From a virus, in IMG/VR virus record IMGVR_UViG_3300041809_000571, positions 243,841 through 307,840 of that record: a stretch of 64,000 nucleotides of DNA, one strand, 5' to 3'. Numbering within the stretch: position 1 is the first letter of the stretch; every line of letters starts with the position of its first letter. The notes beneath the pieces are model-generated. The model was not told where the DNA came from, did not search any database, and saw nothing but the letters and a program-made list of their open reading frames with translations. Below are positions 1 to 9,971 of this stretch, piece by piece. The translations under genes were made by a program, and so were the position numbers.

Positions 1-462
1 ACCGTTGGGATAATGGGAGAAGATGAAGTGAAATTCCATCTGCTGGAACCCTTGGTCAATGGTGCGTTCAATGGCGTCGATATCCAGATGGGTATATTGC
101 TCATCGCAATCCGGCATGGATACCACATCATTGCTCGCCATGGTAGCAGAGTAGTTACGAGCGGCAGCGTAGTCAAAAAGTTTATCACCAGCGGCAACAA
201 TGGGGGTTTCAGGAGGTACGACAAACTGATTGTTGATGGCCTTGGCAAGATTCTCCGGGATGGTGAAGATAAATTTCTCCCCCACCTCAAAAACCGTGAA
301 GCCCAAAGCACGGGCTACAGCCGGGGTATTATCGGTGGACCCAGTGTCCACGAGGACCACCTCGCCGTGAAGCTTCTGAAATTCTTTGAGGGACTTGTGG
401 ATTCTCCAGAGGTTCGGAGCTTCATTTCTTGCTATGAGACAAACCGAAAACTTTACGCCCAT
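1..462 (-). CDS. Glycosyltransferase family 2 (GT-A fold), N-terminal part; gene continues beyond window start
   Basis: Minus-strand translation from ATG at 462 gives MGVKFSVCLIARNEAPNLWRIHKSLKEFQKLHGEVVLVDTGSTDNT...DCDE, the classic GT2 N-terminal signature plus DxD-like motif. The listed plus ORF 13..501 is its shadow. Confidence 0.55.
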   Translation of the reverse strand, partial: MGVKFSVCLIARNEAPNLWRIHKSLKEFQKLHGEVVLVDTGSTDNTPAVARALGFTVFEVGEKFIFTIPENLAKAINNQFVVPPETPIVAAGDKLFDYAAARNYSATMASNDVVSMPDCDEQYTHLDIDAIERTIDQGFQQMEFHFIFSHYPNG

Positions 463-582
463 GATTCTCCATTAACCGGGTTTGGACCGGTTATGGAATA
501 ATACTGTCTTTTGCCCGTTTTGTTTGGCCGCTGTTATTCGGTCCATTCCATGCCCCGGAATAGGCTGCTGTGCGGTGTTACC

Positions 583-1776
583 CTATAAACGTTGCCTATC
601 CACAATGGAGATTGAGGAGACTCCGGGGGAACCCGGTATGTAGTCTACGTACATCCCCATGAAGTCCACATCCACCATCTGGCTATTTGCATCAGTCTTG
701 CGGACCGCTACCGTGGGTGCCCCTAGAAAATCAACCCCTGTCGGGGATGGAAAACAAGGACCTAAATTGTGGGACCAGCCAACTTGGAAATTATTGATAG
801 CGGCTAGACCTTCATTATATCCAAATTCAAAACTTTGTCCACCTGCCACTTGGGAAGGGTTGGAGTCAACCCATACTCCTCCTGCCCGTGCAGTGAGTGT
901 GGGGGTTCCATCGTTGACCACAGCCTGCATGGCATTTATGGTACAGCTTCCGTCTATCTTAGCGGAGGTATAGGAGTTACATACAGCCTTATAATCCTGA
1001 TTTCCCGAGGCACTGAAATTATGTATCTGGCTTGTATTCGTAGCATTGGCATCCGACTTTCCTGCCGGGGGGATATTCTTGACCGCATTGAACAGGTTGG
1101 TTGCTCCTCCCCCTCCTGCCAGCCAAGAACCGGTGGATGAGTCTGCCGCAGCCGGGAGGAGGACAGAACCCCCCGCACCGAGGGTGACAGAAGAGTTGTC
1201 AACCAGTATGTCATCATAGTATGCTTCGAACCCGCCTACAGTGTCTGCGCTGGAACTACCGACGTTGAAAAGTGTCCCGTTAGAGGGGATAATAACTCCC
1301 GTAGTCTGCGAGGCCCATAGTACCCCGTCCACGAATACCTGTGCCCCATTTCCTGCGTTGTACCCAGCGTTCACGGCCATCAGATGCCAACCCCCATCCA
1401 CAGTCATGGCATTAGTGCTGTTGGCGGAATTGAGGGAACCAGCACGGACATAGAGAGTGCCGTTGGGGTTCATGCTCAAGGCTGCCACAGTTGGGCTACC
1501 CACTATAAATAGGTTCACAGCCGTGCCGGGGAGATGCAGCAGCTTGAAATAAAACCGGAAACTCTGGGCAAAGGCTCGTGGAGTTAAGGAGGAATCATAG
1601 AGAAAGTGTTGAGTGAAACCCAACTTTCCCGCTGGCAACTGGATGTGCATCCCATAGTTTCCAGTCCTTGCAGCGGCGGGTATTGCCTCAAGGGTCCCCG
1701 AGCTACCCGTTGTTGACCGTGCGGAACACTCGTAGATGCTTCCCAATTCCCAGCCAAGGATGTAGGTGTTGGACAT
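583..1776 (-). CDS. ConA/LamG-like jelly-roll domain protein (putative fiber accessory/receptor-binding protein)
   Basis: 397 aa. DGGWHLMAVNAGYNAGNGAQVFVDGVLWAS resembles the LamG/concanavalin-like core. Start abuts the stop of the fiber gene, consistent with co-transcription. Confidence 0.45.
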   Translation of the reverse strand: MSNTYILGWELGSIYECSARSTTGSSGTLEAIPAAARTGNYGMHIQLPAGKLGFTQHFLYDSSLTPRAFAQSFRFYFKLLHLPGTAVNLFIVGSPTVAALSMNPNGTLYVRAGSLNSANSTNAMTVDGGWHLMAVNAGYNAGNGAQVFVDGVLWASQTTGVIIPSNGTLFNVGSSSADTVGGFEAYYDDILVDNSSVTLGAGGSVLLPAAADSSTGSWLAGGGGATNLFNAVKNIPPAGKSDANATNTSQIHNFSASGNQDYKAVCNSYTSAKIDGSCTINAMQAVVNDGTPTLTARAGGVWVDSNPSQVAGGQSFEFGYNEGLAAINNFQVGWSHNLGPCFPSPTGVDFLGAPTVAVRKTDANSQMVDVDFMGMYVDYIPGSPGVSSISIVDRQRL

Positions 1777-4700
1777 TTACGCCTTCACGATGAACAAGTC
1801 AAGGTTCAGCCTTGTGACAGTTCCCGCAGAGTCTAGGTTGAACTCCAAGACATCTCCCGCCAAAAGAGAGGTGGTCCATGTCCCGATGTTAGTGCTGGTA
1901 TTAAACTGTTGAGGTCCTGTTAGATTTGGCGGGGCAGAAGCTACGATGCTGACAGTAGTAGGGAGCGATGCATAGGCACACTTCTTGACGGTAATCTGAG
2001 CAGTGCCGGAGGCATTCGCCAGCATAGTCCACCCAGTTATCGTGGCATTGTAAGGAACCTGTATGTACCCATACGAACCCGTTGAGGGGACTGACCCCTT
2101 CCCGTCGATAGTGAGCGTGATGATTTGATTCTGTGGAGAATATATCAGGACCACATTCTGCCAAGTCAACCCCGCAATGGTGGAGCCTGCAAAGCTGGAG
2201 ACATTGGCAATATCTTGAGCAATCCGCTGGGAAGGACCAGCCTCAAAAGCCATGCCGAGAATCGTTATCACTGGGGTTGTATTTGCGCAGTAAACTCCCG
2301 CAATCACGTTATCTGAACCGTCGCTATTGTTGAAGACCGTATTCCCGACGAGCTTTGTGTTCGAAGCGGCGGCAGCGATGTACCAACCATATTCCGTGGG
2401 GCTGTCAGCGTAGCAATTAGTCCAAGTACTGAATTGAGAGTTGTCGTAGAAACAAACAGCCATGGGGTTGGCGCTGGCCGGTGCTCCACCATAGGCATGG
2501 ATGTCGGTAAACCAGCAAGCACCTGTGTCGGTTCTGACACCCGTGGCGCATCCTACAATGACAGCAGTGTCAACACGATTGTCGGTAATAGCCCCCGTAC
2601 AGTATACTCCCGCACCAGCAGCGGTAGTCGCTGCATAAACATGGACATTTTCCAAATAGCATTCGAATCCACCCGACCCGTGAACCGGGAAGTCCGTAAT
2701 GTCCCCAATCAGGAAGCCATTGGTCGTTGGGTACTTAACGTAGGTGTCTTTGATGGTGAAGTGCCTGCACGAGCGTACATATACCCCATTTGCGGCCAAG
2801 GCATTGCAATTAATCACGCCCCCGACCATGTTTGTACCCGGAAGGTTGACTGCTACCGTAGGCCCGACGATTAGGACTGCGTCCATAGCAGAGGAAGCAA
2901 TGAGTTGTGCTCCGGGGTCCATGACTAGGTTAACATTGTAAGGTATGATGATATGACTGGCCAGCAGGAATTGACCGGCTGGGACATAGACAGTACCACC
3001 TGAACTGAATGCCGCTGCCGCTGTCATAGCTGCATTGAATGCGACAACGTTATCAGTGCTTCCGTTCCCCACAGCCCCGTAATTCAAGACGTTAAATGGG
3101 TAGTCTACGAGGGGGCCATTTGGCCCCGTCCACCCGGTGTAGCCTGTATATCCTGTGGGTCCGGTATAACCGGTAACTTGAGGTCCCGTATATCCTGTGT
3201 ATCCACTGATTCCCATAGGTCCCGTATAACCCGTGGGTCCGGTTCCTCCCGGTCCTGTCGGACTGGTATAACCCGTGGGTCCGGTTCCTCCCGGTCCTGT
3301 CGGACCGGTATATCCGATGTATCCTGTATAACCGGTATACCCGGAGTAACCGGTTGGTCCTGAGTAACCCGTGGCTCCGGTATAACCTGTGTAGGCTCCG
3401 GGTCCTGTATACCCGGTATAGCCTGTAAATGCTCCGGGGCCAGTGGGACCGAGGGGTCCAGTATATCCTGAATAACCAGTATAACCAGAGGTACCTGTAT
3501 ATCCAGTATAACCTGTAAAGTTACCGGGACCGGTGGGACCCGTTGGACCGGTGTAACCAGTAACACTCGGGCCTGTGTATCCGGTGTACCCACTCTGACC
3601 CGTATAACCGCTCGGACCTGTGAAACCTGTGCTGCCGGGTCCTGTGTACCCCGTAAAACCAGTGAAGTTGCCTACACCCGTGGGACCCGTGTAACCCGTG
3701 GCTCCATCCGCTCCTTGATGCCCGATAGGTCCGGTGTAACCGGTGTCGCCTTGGAATCCTCGATAACCGCTATAACCCGTGTATCCGGTGAAACCCGTAA
3801 AGTTACCGGGACCAGTTGGACCGGTTGAACCCGTGTACCCCGTAACGGCGGGTCCGGTGTAGCCAGTCGGCCCACTCGGGCCGGTGGGGCCGGAATACCC
3901 CGTATACCCTGTAATGGTGGGTCCAGTGTATCCGGTCGGTCCAATGGGTCCAGTCGGCCCTGAATACCCCGTAAAAGCTCCGGGGCCGGTAAATCCCGTG
4001 TATCCCGTAAAACCCGTGAAATTGCCCGGACCGGTGGGTCCGGTCGTACCTTGCGGTCCCGTGTACCCCGTCCAGCCTGTAAAGTTGCCGGGGCCGGTAT
4101 AGCCCGTAGCTCCACTATAGCCGGTGAATCCTGTGAAATTACCCGGACCGGTTGGACCGGTTGTACCAGTCGGTCCAGTATACCCCGTTATCGAGGGTCC
4201 AGTGTATCCTGTGTAACCGGTTCTTCCGGTGTAACCGGTGTAACCCGAGTAACCGGTAAAATTGCCCGGACCGGTTGCTCCCGTATATCCGCTGTATCCC
4301 GTAGCTCCCGTGAAATTCCCCGGACCGGTAGGTCCTGTAGCCCCCGAATATCCCGTAAATCCTGTGAAATTTCCGGGTCCAGTCGGACCGGTGTAGCCGC
4401 TCGTTCCCGTGTAACCCGTATAACCTGTAAATGCTCCGGGACCAGTGTATCCCGTATATCCAGTGATACTGGGGCCGGTGTAACCGGTGACCCCCGCCGT
4501 CCCGGCTCTGCCGGTGTACCCGGTAGCTCCCGTGGGTCCCTGAAAACCTTGATACCCGCTGTAACCTGTGGCTCCCGTGGCTCCGGTATAACCCGTAAAA
4601 TTACCGGGACCCGTGGGGCCGGTTGCCCCGGTCGGTCCCAAATTTCCGCTATAGCCGGTATAGCCCGTGAAATTACCGGGACCCGTCACCCCCGTGTACC

Positions 4701-5556
4701 CTGTAAACCCTGTGAAATTCCCCGGCCCGGTGGGGCCGGTGAACCCACTGGCTCCCGTAAAACCCGTATACCCGGTTGCTTGTGGTCCCGTATAGCCCGT
4801 GAAGCCTGTGTACCCCGTGCTCTCAGGTCCAGTATAGCCGGTATACCCAGTTGGCCCAATCGGTCCTGTATACCCTGAATATCCGGTAAAATTGCCCGGA
4901 CCGGTGGGTCCCTGCTGACCGGTGTACCCGGTCATTCCGGTGTAACCCGTGTCCCCGCTATAACCTGTAAACCCTGTGTATCCAGTGAAGTTCCCCGGTC
5001 CCGTGGGTCCAATTGAACCAACAGGCCCGGTGTACCCAGTAAAACCCGTGAAGTTTCCGGGGCCAGTGGGGCCGCTGTCCCCCGTATAGCCCGTGAAACC
5101 GGTAAAATTGCCCGGTCCAGTAGGTCCGGTCGTTCCTGTATATCCTGTTATGCCGGGTCCAGTAGGTCCGGTCGGCCCAGAATCACCCGTGTAGCCGGTC
5201 GGACCCGAATATCCGGTAAAATTGCCCGGACCGGTGTAACCCGTGAAACCGCTGGGGCCGCTGTAGCCGGTATACCCTGTAAAGTTTCCCGGTCCTGTGG
5301 CACCGAGCGGGCCGGTGGGTCCGGTCGTGCCGGTCACACTTTGGGCAATAAGACCCCACCACGTGGAGCCGACGAAGGGGGTGTTACCCCGGTTGTTGTT
5401 CTGGAGAGAAATCCACGAGGAACCGTTGTAAGTGAGGGCGTTGCCAAACTGATAGGTGATGGTATTATTCCACGGCTTCACATACGTGACGAGGATGCCG
5501 TCGATAGTGAAAACGGAGTTGGGGCTGACCGGGTCTATGACTCTGATAGCTGGCAT
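1777..5556 (-). CDS. Collagen-like repeat tail fiber with C-terminal pectate-lyase-like right-handed beta-helix (putative depolymerase fiber)
   Basis: 1259 aa. About 780 aa of G-X-T triplets ([13 protein letters not shown] units), then a C-terminal [42 protein letters not shown] stretch typical of the Pectate_lyase_3 / tailspike beta-helix. The nucleotide sequence is highly repetitive (ccggtaaaattgcccggaccggt units). Confidence 0.8.
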   Translation of the reverse strand: MPAIRVIDPVSPNSVFTIDGILVTYVKPWNNTITYQFGNALTYNGSSWISLQNNNRGNTPFVGSTWWGLIAQSVTGTTGPTGPLGATGPGNFTGYTGYSGPSGFTGYTGPGNFTGYSGPTGYTGDSGPTGPTGPGITGYTGTTGPTGPGNFTGFTGYTGDSGPTGPGNFTGFTGYTGPVGSIGPTGPGNFTGYTGFTGYSGDTGYTGMTGYTGQQGPTGPGNFTGYSGYTGPIGPTGYTGYTGPESTGYTGFTGYTGPQATGYTGFTGASGFTGPTGPGNFTGFTGYTGVTGPGNFTGYTGYSGNLGPTGATGPTGPGNFTGYTGATGATGYSGYQGFQGPTGATGYTGRAGTAGVTGYTGPSITGYTGYTGPGAFTGYTGYTGTSGYTGPTGPGNFTGFTGYSGATGPTGPGNFTGATGYSGYTGATGPGNFTGYSGYTGYTGRTGYTGYTGPSITGYTGPTGTTGPTGPGNFTGFTGYSGATGYTGPGNFTGWTGYTGPQGTTGPTGPGNFTGFTGYTGFTGPGAFTGYSGPTGPIGPTGYTGPTITGYTGYSGPTGPSGPTGYTGPAVTGYTGSTGPTGPGNFTGFTGYTGYSGYRGFQGDTGYTGPIGHQGADGATGYTGPTGVGNFTGFTGYTGPGSTGFTGPSGYTGQSGYTGYTGPSVTGYTGPTGPTGPGNFTGYTGYTGTSGYTGYSGYTGPLGPTGPGAFTGYTGYTGPGAYTGYTGATGYSGPTGYSGYTGYTGYIGYTGPTGPGGTGPTGYTSPTGPGGTGPTGYTGPMGISGYTGYTGPQVTGYTGPTGYTGYTGWTGPNGPLVDYPFNVLNYGAVGNGSTDNVVAFNAAMTAAAAFSSGGTVYVPAGQFLLASHIIIPYNVNLVMDPGAQLIASSAMDAVLIVGPTVAVNLPGTNMVGGVINCNALAANGVYVRSCRHFTIKDTYVKYPTTNGFLIGDITDFPVHGSGGFECYLENVHVYAATTAAGAGVYCTGAITDNRVDTAVIVGCATGVRTDTGACWFTDIHAYGGAPASANPMAVCFYDNSQFSTWTNCYADSPTEYGWYIAAAASNTKLVGNTVFNNSDGSDNVIAGVYCANTTPVITILGMAFEAGPSQRIAQDIANVSSFAGSTIAGLTWQNVVLIYSPQNQIITLTIDGKGSVPSTGSYGYIQVPYNATITGWTMLANASGTAQITVKKCAYASLPTTVSIVASAPPNLTGPQQFNTSTNIGTWTTSLLAGDVLEFNLDSAGTVTRLNLDLFIVKA

Positions 5557-6119
5557 TATCTCAGTCGGGGAGGCCAGTGAATCCGCTTGCTCTTCTTTTC
5601 AGCAAGCGAGGGGTAGTCGTTCTCCGCCTCCCAGTCCCTTGTAAGATTTGTCGGGTTTTTCACATTCTGGTGCTGCTCGAACGGCTCTGCCGTGTCGTCA
5701 ATGTTCTTCTGGTTCTCCCGATTGGCAATCGCCTCTGAACCGTTGAAAATCTCTCCCTGCGTCTGCCCCGAGACATCGTACCCGTATGCCTTCTTGCTGC
5801 GCTGGAGGGCCGCTACGACGTTCTGGAGCTTCCAGACGGCGTGTAGCTGGCTATCCGCCGCTGCGCCCCAATCTCCCGACTTGGCGAAGGCATTAGCGGT
5901 CTCCATATCCCAGCGAGCAAAGCGGATATCTCTGGTCAGCCGACTCTTGGGGGGAATCTTTGCCGATACGGTATTGATGGCGGAGCCAAGATGCTGACGG
6001 GCTTCGAGATAAGCGGCACGGTCGTTTCTTGTGTCACCCGAGAGAAGGGAGTAGAGGGATTCCAGATAACCGGGTTCAGTCAGGACAGCCGTCTTCGGAC
6101 ACAACAGCGGGTTGCGCAT
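5556..6119 (-). CDS. hypothetical protein
   Basis: 187-aa ORF. Stop overlaps the ATG of the fiber gene (ATGA-type overlap). No recognisable motif. Confidence 0.4.
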   Translation of the reverse strand: MRNPLLCPKTAVLTEPGYLESLYSLLSGDTRNDRAAYLEARQHLGSAINTVSAKIPPKSRLTRDIRFARWDMETANAFAKSGDWGAAADSQLHAVWKLQNVVAALQRSKKAYGYDVSGQTQGEIFNGSEAIANRENQKNIDDTAEPFEQHQNVKNPTNLTRDWEAENDYPSLAEKKSKRIHWPPRLR

Positions 6120-6162
6120 AGTTTTCCCTCTAAATAGAATCTGAAAAGACGGAACTTACTGG

Positions 6163-6519
6163 TTAGGCTTGGGGTGGGGGAGTAGCGGAGGAGGCAACAT
6201 CTACAAGTGTCTGAAAGATTGGGTCTTTCGACAGTGGCTCGGGAGCCGGGGTGGAGGGCGGTTCAGGAGGGGGAGCGGGGGGAGCTTTCACGATGGGGTT
6301 ACCCTCAAGGTCGGTCACCGTGGCGGTGATGTCAATGACCTGTGGGCGTTGAAGCAAGCGGAGGACGACCCCATTACGTTGCAGGTCTTGATACTCACGT
6401 ATCCCGGAGCCGGGCGGAATGGTCTGCACCTCGGCGAGAGAAACGAAAATTTCATACTCTCCCCCGGCGAGGTGGGTTCCATATTTCTTGATGATAGCAG
6501 CGACCGTGGCGGGGTTCAT
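6163..6519 (-). CDS. hypothetical protein, Pro-rich C-terminus
   Basis: 118-aa ORF; 4-nt overlap with the downstream metallophosphoesterase ORF. Confidence 0.4.
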   Translation of the reverse strand: MNPATVAAIIKKYGTHLAGGEYEIFVSLAEVQTIPPGSGIREYQDLQRNGVVLRLLQRPQVIDITATVTDLEGNPIVKAPPAPPPEPPSTPAPEPLSKDPIFQTLVDVASSATPPPQA

Positions 6520-7262
6520 CTCTCGAACACCACTGGAGGGTAGGGACCCATCTGCTTGCGCTCGTGGGGGTAGCCATAAGGGTTACAAACCACGGGCGTT
6601 TCTACGAACATGGTTCGATTGGGAAGGTGGGTATGTCCGTAGACCCACAGGGCGGGCTGGGCGATGCCAATGACGGGGTCCATGTTACAGACGAAAAACC
6701 GGTTGAGGGCGTCTCCTTGGAATACAGGAGCGACGGCGGTGTAGGAGGGGACATGGTGCGTGAGGACGACGGTGTCTCTCTTGATATGATTTTTTGCGGC
6801 TTCCACAAAATAGGAGTTGCTGGCGTATACCCATTTTTTGAACCCCTTGATGACGAGAAAATCAGACAGACCGTCTTCGTACATGAGGTTGCGGGAACTG
6901 TAGGGAAACCACATCGTACCGCCAAAGAAGTGCTGACCGTCGATGGTCACAGAGGTGTCCCGGAGCCAGTGGAAGTTGGAAGGCAGAGCGGCTTCAATGA
7001 GTGCCTCCACCGTCTCCTTGTCTCCATGGTAGTACTCGTGGTTACCGGTCACATAAAGCACATGCCGGGCCTTGCTGCCGAGGAATTCAAAGATGTCCCG
7101 GATGGTGGTCTTGCTTTTAGGAAAGGGCTTGGAGCAGGGGACTACGATGTCGCCGGGGAGGAGTAGGAAATCAAGGTCCGGCTCGAACGTCAGCTTCTCA
7201 AGCATTTTGAGAGGGAAGGCGTGGAACTCGGTGTGCAGGTCGGACATCAATTGAAATTTCAT
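6516..7262 (-). CDS. Calcineurin-like metallophosphoesterase
   Basis: Motifs LLLPGDIV, VTGNHEYY, VLTHHVPSY and YGHTHLPN match the MPP signature (GDxxD / GNHE / GHTH). Confidence 0.8.
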   Translation of the reverse strand: MKFQLMSDLHTEFHAFPLKMLEKLTFEPDLDFLLLPGDIVVPCSKPFPKSKTTIRDIFEFLGSKARHVLYVTGNHEYYHGDKETVEALIEAALPSNFHWLRDTSVTIDGQHFFGGTMWFPYSSRNLMYEDGLSDFLVIKGFKKWVYASNSYFVEAAKNHIKRDTVVLTHHVPSYTAVAPVFQGDALNRFFVCNMDPVIGIAQPALWVYGHTHLPNRTMFVETPVVCNPYGYPHERKQMGPYPPVVFER

Positions 7263-7454
7263 CGTCTGCCTTATAATACTGAAAAACGTAGGTGTTTATT
7301 GCTTGCAACCTATACCAGTCTCCCGTGTGGGCGGCTATTTTACGTTCCTCCAAAATGGTGGACCACGGGGTATCTTCAAGGAGATTAAAGTTTTCTTGCG
7401 TCATGAAAGGCAGGAGACAGTCGGGGATTGTATCCACATATTGCATTGGATAGT

Positions 7455-7531
7455 TGGAGCGGGCGATGGGATTTGAACCCACGACATCCAGCTTGGGAAG
7501 CTGGCGTTCTACCGGACTGAACTACACCCGC
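7455..7531 (-). tRNA. tRNA-Gly(CCC), solitary, CCA encoded
   Basis: Hand-folded cloverleaf: acceptor GCGGGUG/CGCCCGC, D-stem GUUC/GAAC, anticodon arm CCAGC-UUCCCAA-GCUGG, T-arm GUGGG-UUCAAAU-CCCAU, U73, CCA. Confidence 0.7.
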
Positions 7532-7540
7532 ATATATAAG

Positions 7541-7572
7541 GGTTCGGTAGCCTGTCTATACAAACAGGCTAC
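7541..7572. other. 9-bp stem-loop (GTAGCCTGT / ACAGGCTAC) followed by TGTTTTG on the plus strand; possible terminator or processing hairpin between the vWA gene and tRNA-Gly
   Basis: Perfect 9-bp inverted repeat with an 8-nt loop, read directly from the sequence. Confidence 0.35.
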
Positions 7573-8204
7573 TGTTTTGCCGCCTTCCGTTGGGCGGAAG
7601 TGAACGACGCCTTGAGACCACGCCGGACGGCGCTGGTGTTGGCGCTTACGGCGAGGTACACTTCCTGAGTGGAAGCGGAGTTGTTGTTGTAGGTCATGGA
7701 GGTATCGGCGGAGATGTTGAACCCCTTGGCGGTCAGAACGGCGTCCTGATTGGCTCCCAAGAAGATGAAGGTCCAGTTGTACTTCTCTGTCTGGTGCTTC
7801 ACCATGTTCGCCACATTTTCCTTCGTGAATTCCTTGCTGGCGTTCTCATGACCATCCGTGAGGATGACGATGATGACTTTCTCCGGGCGCTCCTCTTCCG
7901 GCATCTTTTCCAGCCGCTCACCAACCTCGATAATCGTCCACCCCATGGCGTCATGCAGGGGGGTGTTCTCCCGTGGGGAGAAGGTGTCCTTGGTCAGATT
8001 TGGAACGTCCGCCAAAGGTGCGTCGATGACGATTTCGTGGGGGTCAATGGAGTCAAACTGGACCAACAGGAGATGGGCTTCGCCGGGCTGCTGCTTCTGC
8101 CCATTGATGAACTCGTTGAAGCCGTCGATGGTCGCATCCTTGACGATGCTCATGGAACCGGAACGGTCTAAAACTACGGCGATAAATGCGGAATCGGATT
8201 TCAT
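7569..8204 (-). CDS. von Willebrand factor type A (vWA) domain protein
   Basis: MIDAS-like DRSGSMS near the N-terminus and IIVILTDGHEN in the vWA fold. Strong RBS AAGGAGG upstream of the ATG at 8204. Confidence 0.7.
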   Translation of the reverse strand: MKSDSAFIAVVLDRSGSMSIVKDATIDGFNEFINGQKQQPGEAHLLLVQFDSIDPHEIVIDAPLADVPNLTKDTFSPRENTPLHDAMGWTIIEVGERLEKMPEEERPEKVIIVILTDGHENASKEFTKENVANMVKHQTEKYNWTFIFLGANQDAVLTAKGFNISADTSMTYNNNSASTQEVYLAVSANTSAVRRGLKASFTSAQRKAAKQ

Positions 8205-8615
8205 ATGCCTCCTTGAATTTGGACGGGGACCAACAAGTCAGCGTCGTGGGTCCTAATCAATAATCGCAACAACAGCGACCACAAACGACCAATCACAACT
8301 ACCAACTAAAGTAAGGTTCGACCCGATAGGGTAGCCTTGTTCACCATCCTACAATCTTTATCGTCGGCGGAATTGGAAGTGAGCCGACTATCCGCACTCT
8401 TCTTGCGGCCCCCGGTAACTAATACTGCTGGAGAACCTCATAGAGCTTGTTGCAGAGGTTCTCCAGCTTGCCTCGATTGGAATGAGAAGGGGCGGGAACC
8501 TGTGGTCGGGTTGCGTCCAAGATAAACTGCAAGCACGAATGGCAACCCGCTGCCTCTTCCCTATCGAGAGTGATGGTAACCGACTTCCTGAGTTTGACGG
8601 TCAACGTAGCCTCCG

Positions 8616-8955
8616 TTAACGTCGCTTTTTCGGAACACTGCTGACGCCCACGGCGGGGGTAAGCTCGCCGAGGACATCCTCATCCATCTCGTAACCAATG
8701 ACCGGAGTCTCTGCGTTGGTCGCCTTGATGGCGGCGTCCAGCTTGCGCAGTTCACGGGACAGGTGGGAAATCAGGCTGTCCAGAGCCACGACATCGTAAA
8801 GCGGATTGACTGTCTCTGGGGTGTCACCCTTGAGGCCACGATAACTGGTCCGGCTGGCAGAATTCTCGTTGCGCAGACTGATGAGTTCCTGATGCCGCTC
8901 TTGCAGGGTCTTCTTCCAAGTCAATGCCTCATTGATGGTGATTTGCTTTGTTGCC
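8616..8955 (-). CDS. hypothetical protein (113 aa)
   Basis: Internal start MATKQITINE... is preceded by AAAAGGAGAACCA. The longer 203-aa ORF to 9227 has an implausible low-complexity N-terminal extension. Confidence 0.45.
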
Positions 8956-9696
8956 ATTGGTTCTCCTTTTGAGTTGGTGCGTGACTCACGTTCTAACGCC
9001 ACGGCGTAGTGAGCGCAAACAGAGGGAGTTGCCGCCCGCTCCAGTGGCTCGGTAAAAGAGTTACTAGCTCGGCTCCCATTGCTGAGTAAATCCGTGGTCA
9101 AGCAGCGCTGATTCGCATCACGCACCAAGCTATAATACTGAAAATTTTGTGGACCTATAAGCGGAGTTCTGTGCCTCTTGCGAGGTGACAACCATTCGTC
9201 TAGGGCGGCCATTACTGGACGCCTCAAGCTCTCAACCCGAGGGTTATAGCGAACCGAGCAGGTTCATCCCCTCCTATTCGAGATTGCTCCCCGTGAAGAT
9301 TGCCCGTTTCACCCGGACTTAACCGGCTCGTCTCTGTTGCTCTAATTGTCGCAGTATTGCTACTGCGCCGGGGCGTTACCCCGCACGGTGCTCTGTGTAG
9401 CTCCGACTTTCCTCTCCCCCTTGCGGGGCAGTAGTTGTCCAGTCCACAAACTTTTTCCAAACTTAGGGTTATTGGGAGCGAAGATTCCCTTGGAGCCATC
9501 CGGGTCAAGGGCCTTCAAGGTCAGATAATAACTCATGCTCCCAATGCTCACGCCGTCACCTTACACCCACAAGGTTCATAATCCTGTTGCCAGCCGGGCG
9601 GTATACTCTTCATCCACCCCTTGACCTTGACCCTTACGGTACATGGCTTTTTGTGCTTACGGTGTTTGCATTTAGAACATTTGGCGGAGGCCATAC

Positions 9697-9909
9697 TTAC
9701 CCACCCAACGGTTCAGCCCCTAAAGACATTGCAAGGGCTGTAATTTTATTAACCGTCAACGTCGCCAAGTCCAAAGTTTTACCCATCATCTCAATTTGGG
9801 CTTGAGTCCACGTGGATGCATCAACGGCGTCGTTATTCCAAGAGATTTGGAGTTTACCCCTTGCTGAAACTAATTGCTTACGAACCTCTAAGATTCCTTC
9901 TAACGTCAT
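9697..9909 (-). CDS. small hypothetical protein
   Basis: ATG at 9909 (MTLEGILEVRK...) lies about 25 nt downstream of the GGTGGTATTATATAG promoter-like motif. The listed GTG start at 9939 overlaps that motif. Confidence 0.3.
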   Translation of the reverse strand: MTLEGILEVRKQLVSARGKLQISWNNDAVDASTWTQAQIEMMGKTLDLATLTVNKITALAMSLGAEPLGG

Positions 9910-9971
9910 TTGAAACCCCCAAGACAAAAGTACCCACACTATATAATACCACCGAGAGTCAAAAATGATGG

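Noticed and set aside
13-501. Plus-strand 162-aa ORF at the window start
   Set aside because: Its translation is featureless, whereas the minus strand of the same bases encodes a clean GT2 N-terminus (CLIARNEAPNLW...VVLVDTGSTDNT). Treated as a shadow ORF.
1777-5556. Possible CRISPR array suggested by the near-identical short repeats
   Set aside because: The repeats are in-frame codon repeats of a protein-coding gene, with no spacer/repeat architecture of constant length.
2125-5580. Many 60 to 275-aa ORFs in alternative frames or on the plus strand across the collagen-like gene (e.g. 3105..3593, 3672..4115, 4051..4878)
   Set aside because: They are generated by the GC-rich triplet repeat; their translations are low-complexity Pro/Arg/Gly strings with no RBS. 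The 1259-aa minus-strand frame explains the region.
8956-9227. N-terminal 90-aa extension of ORF 8616..9227
   Set aside because: It is low-complexity and Arg/Ser-rich, with no RBS at 9227, whereas the internal Met at 8955 has a canonical AAAGGAGAA Shine-Dalgarno.
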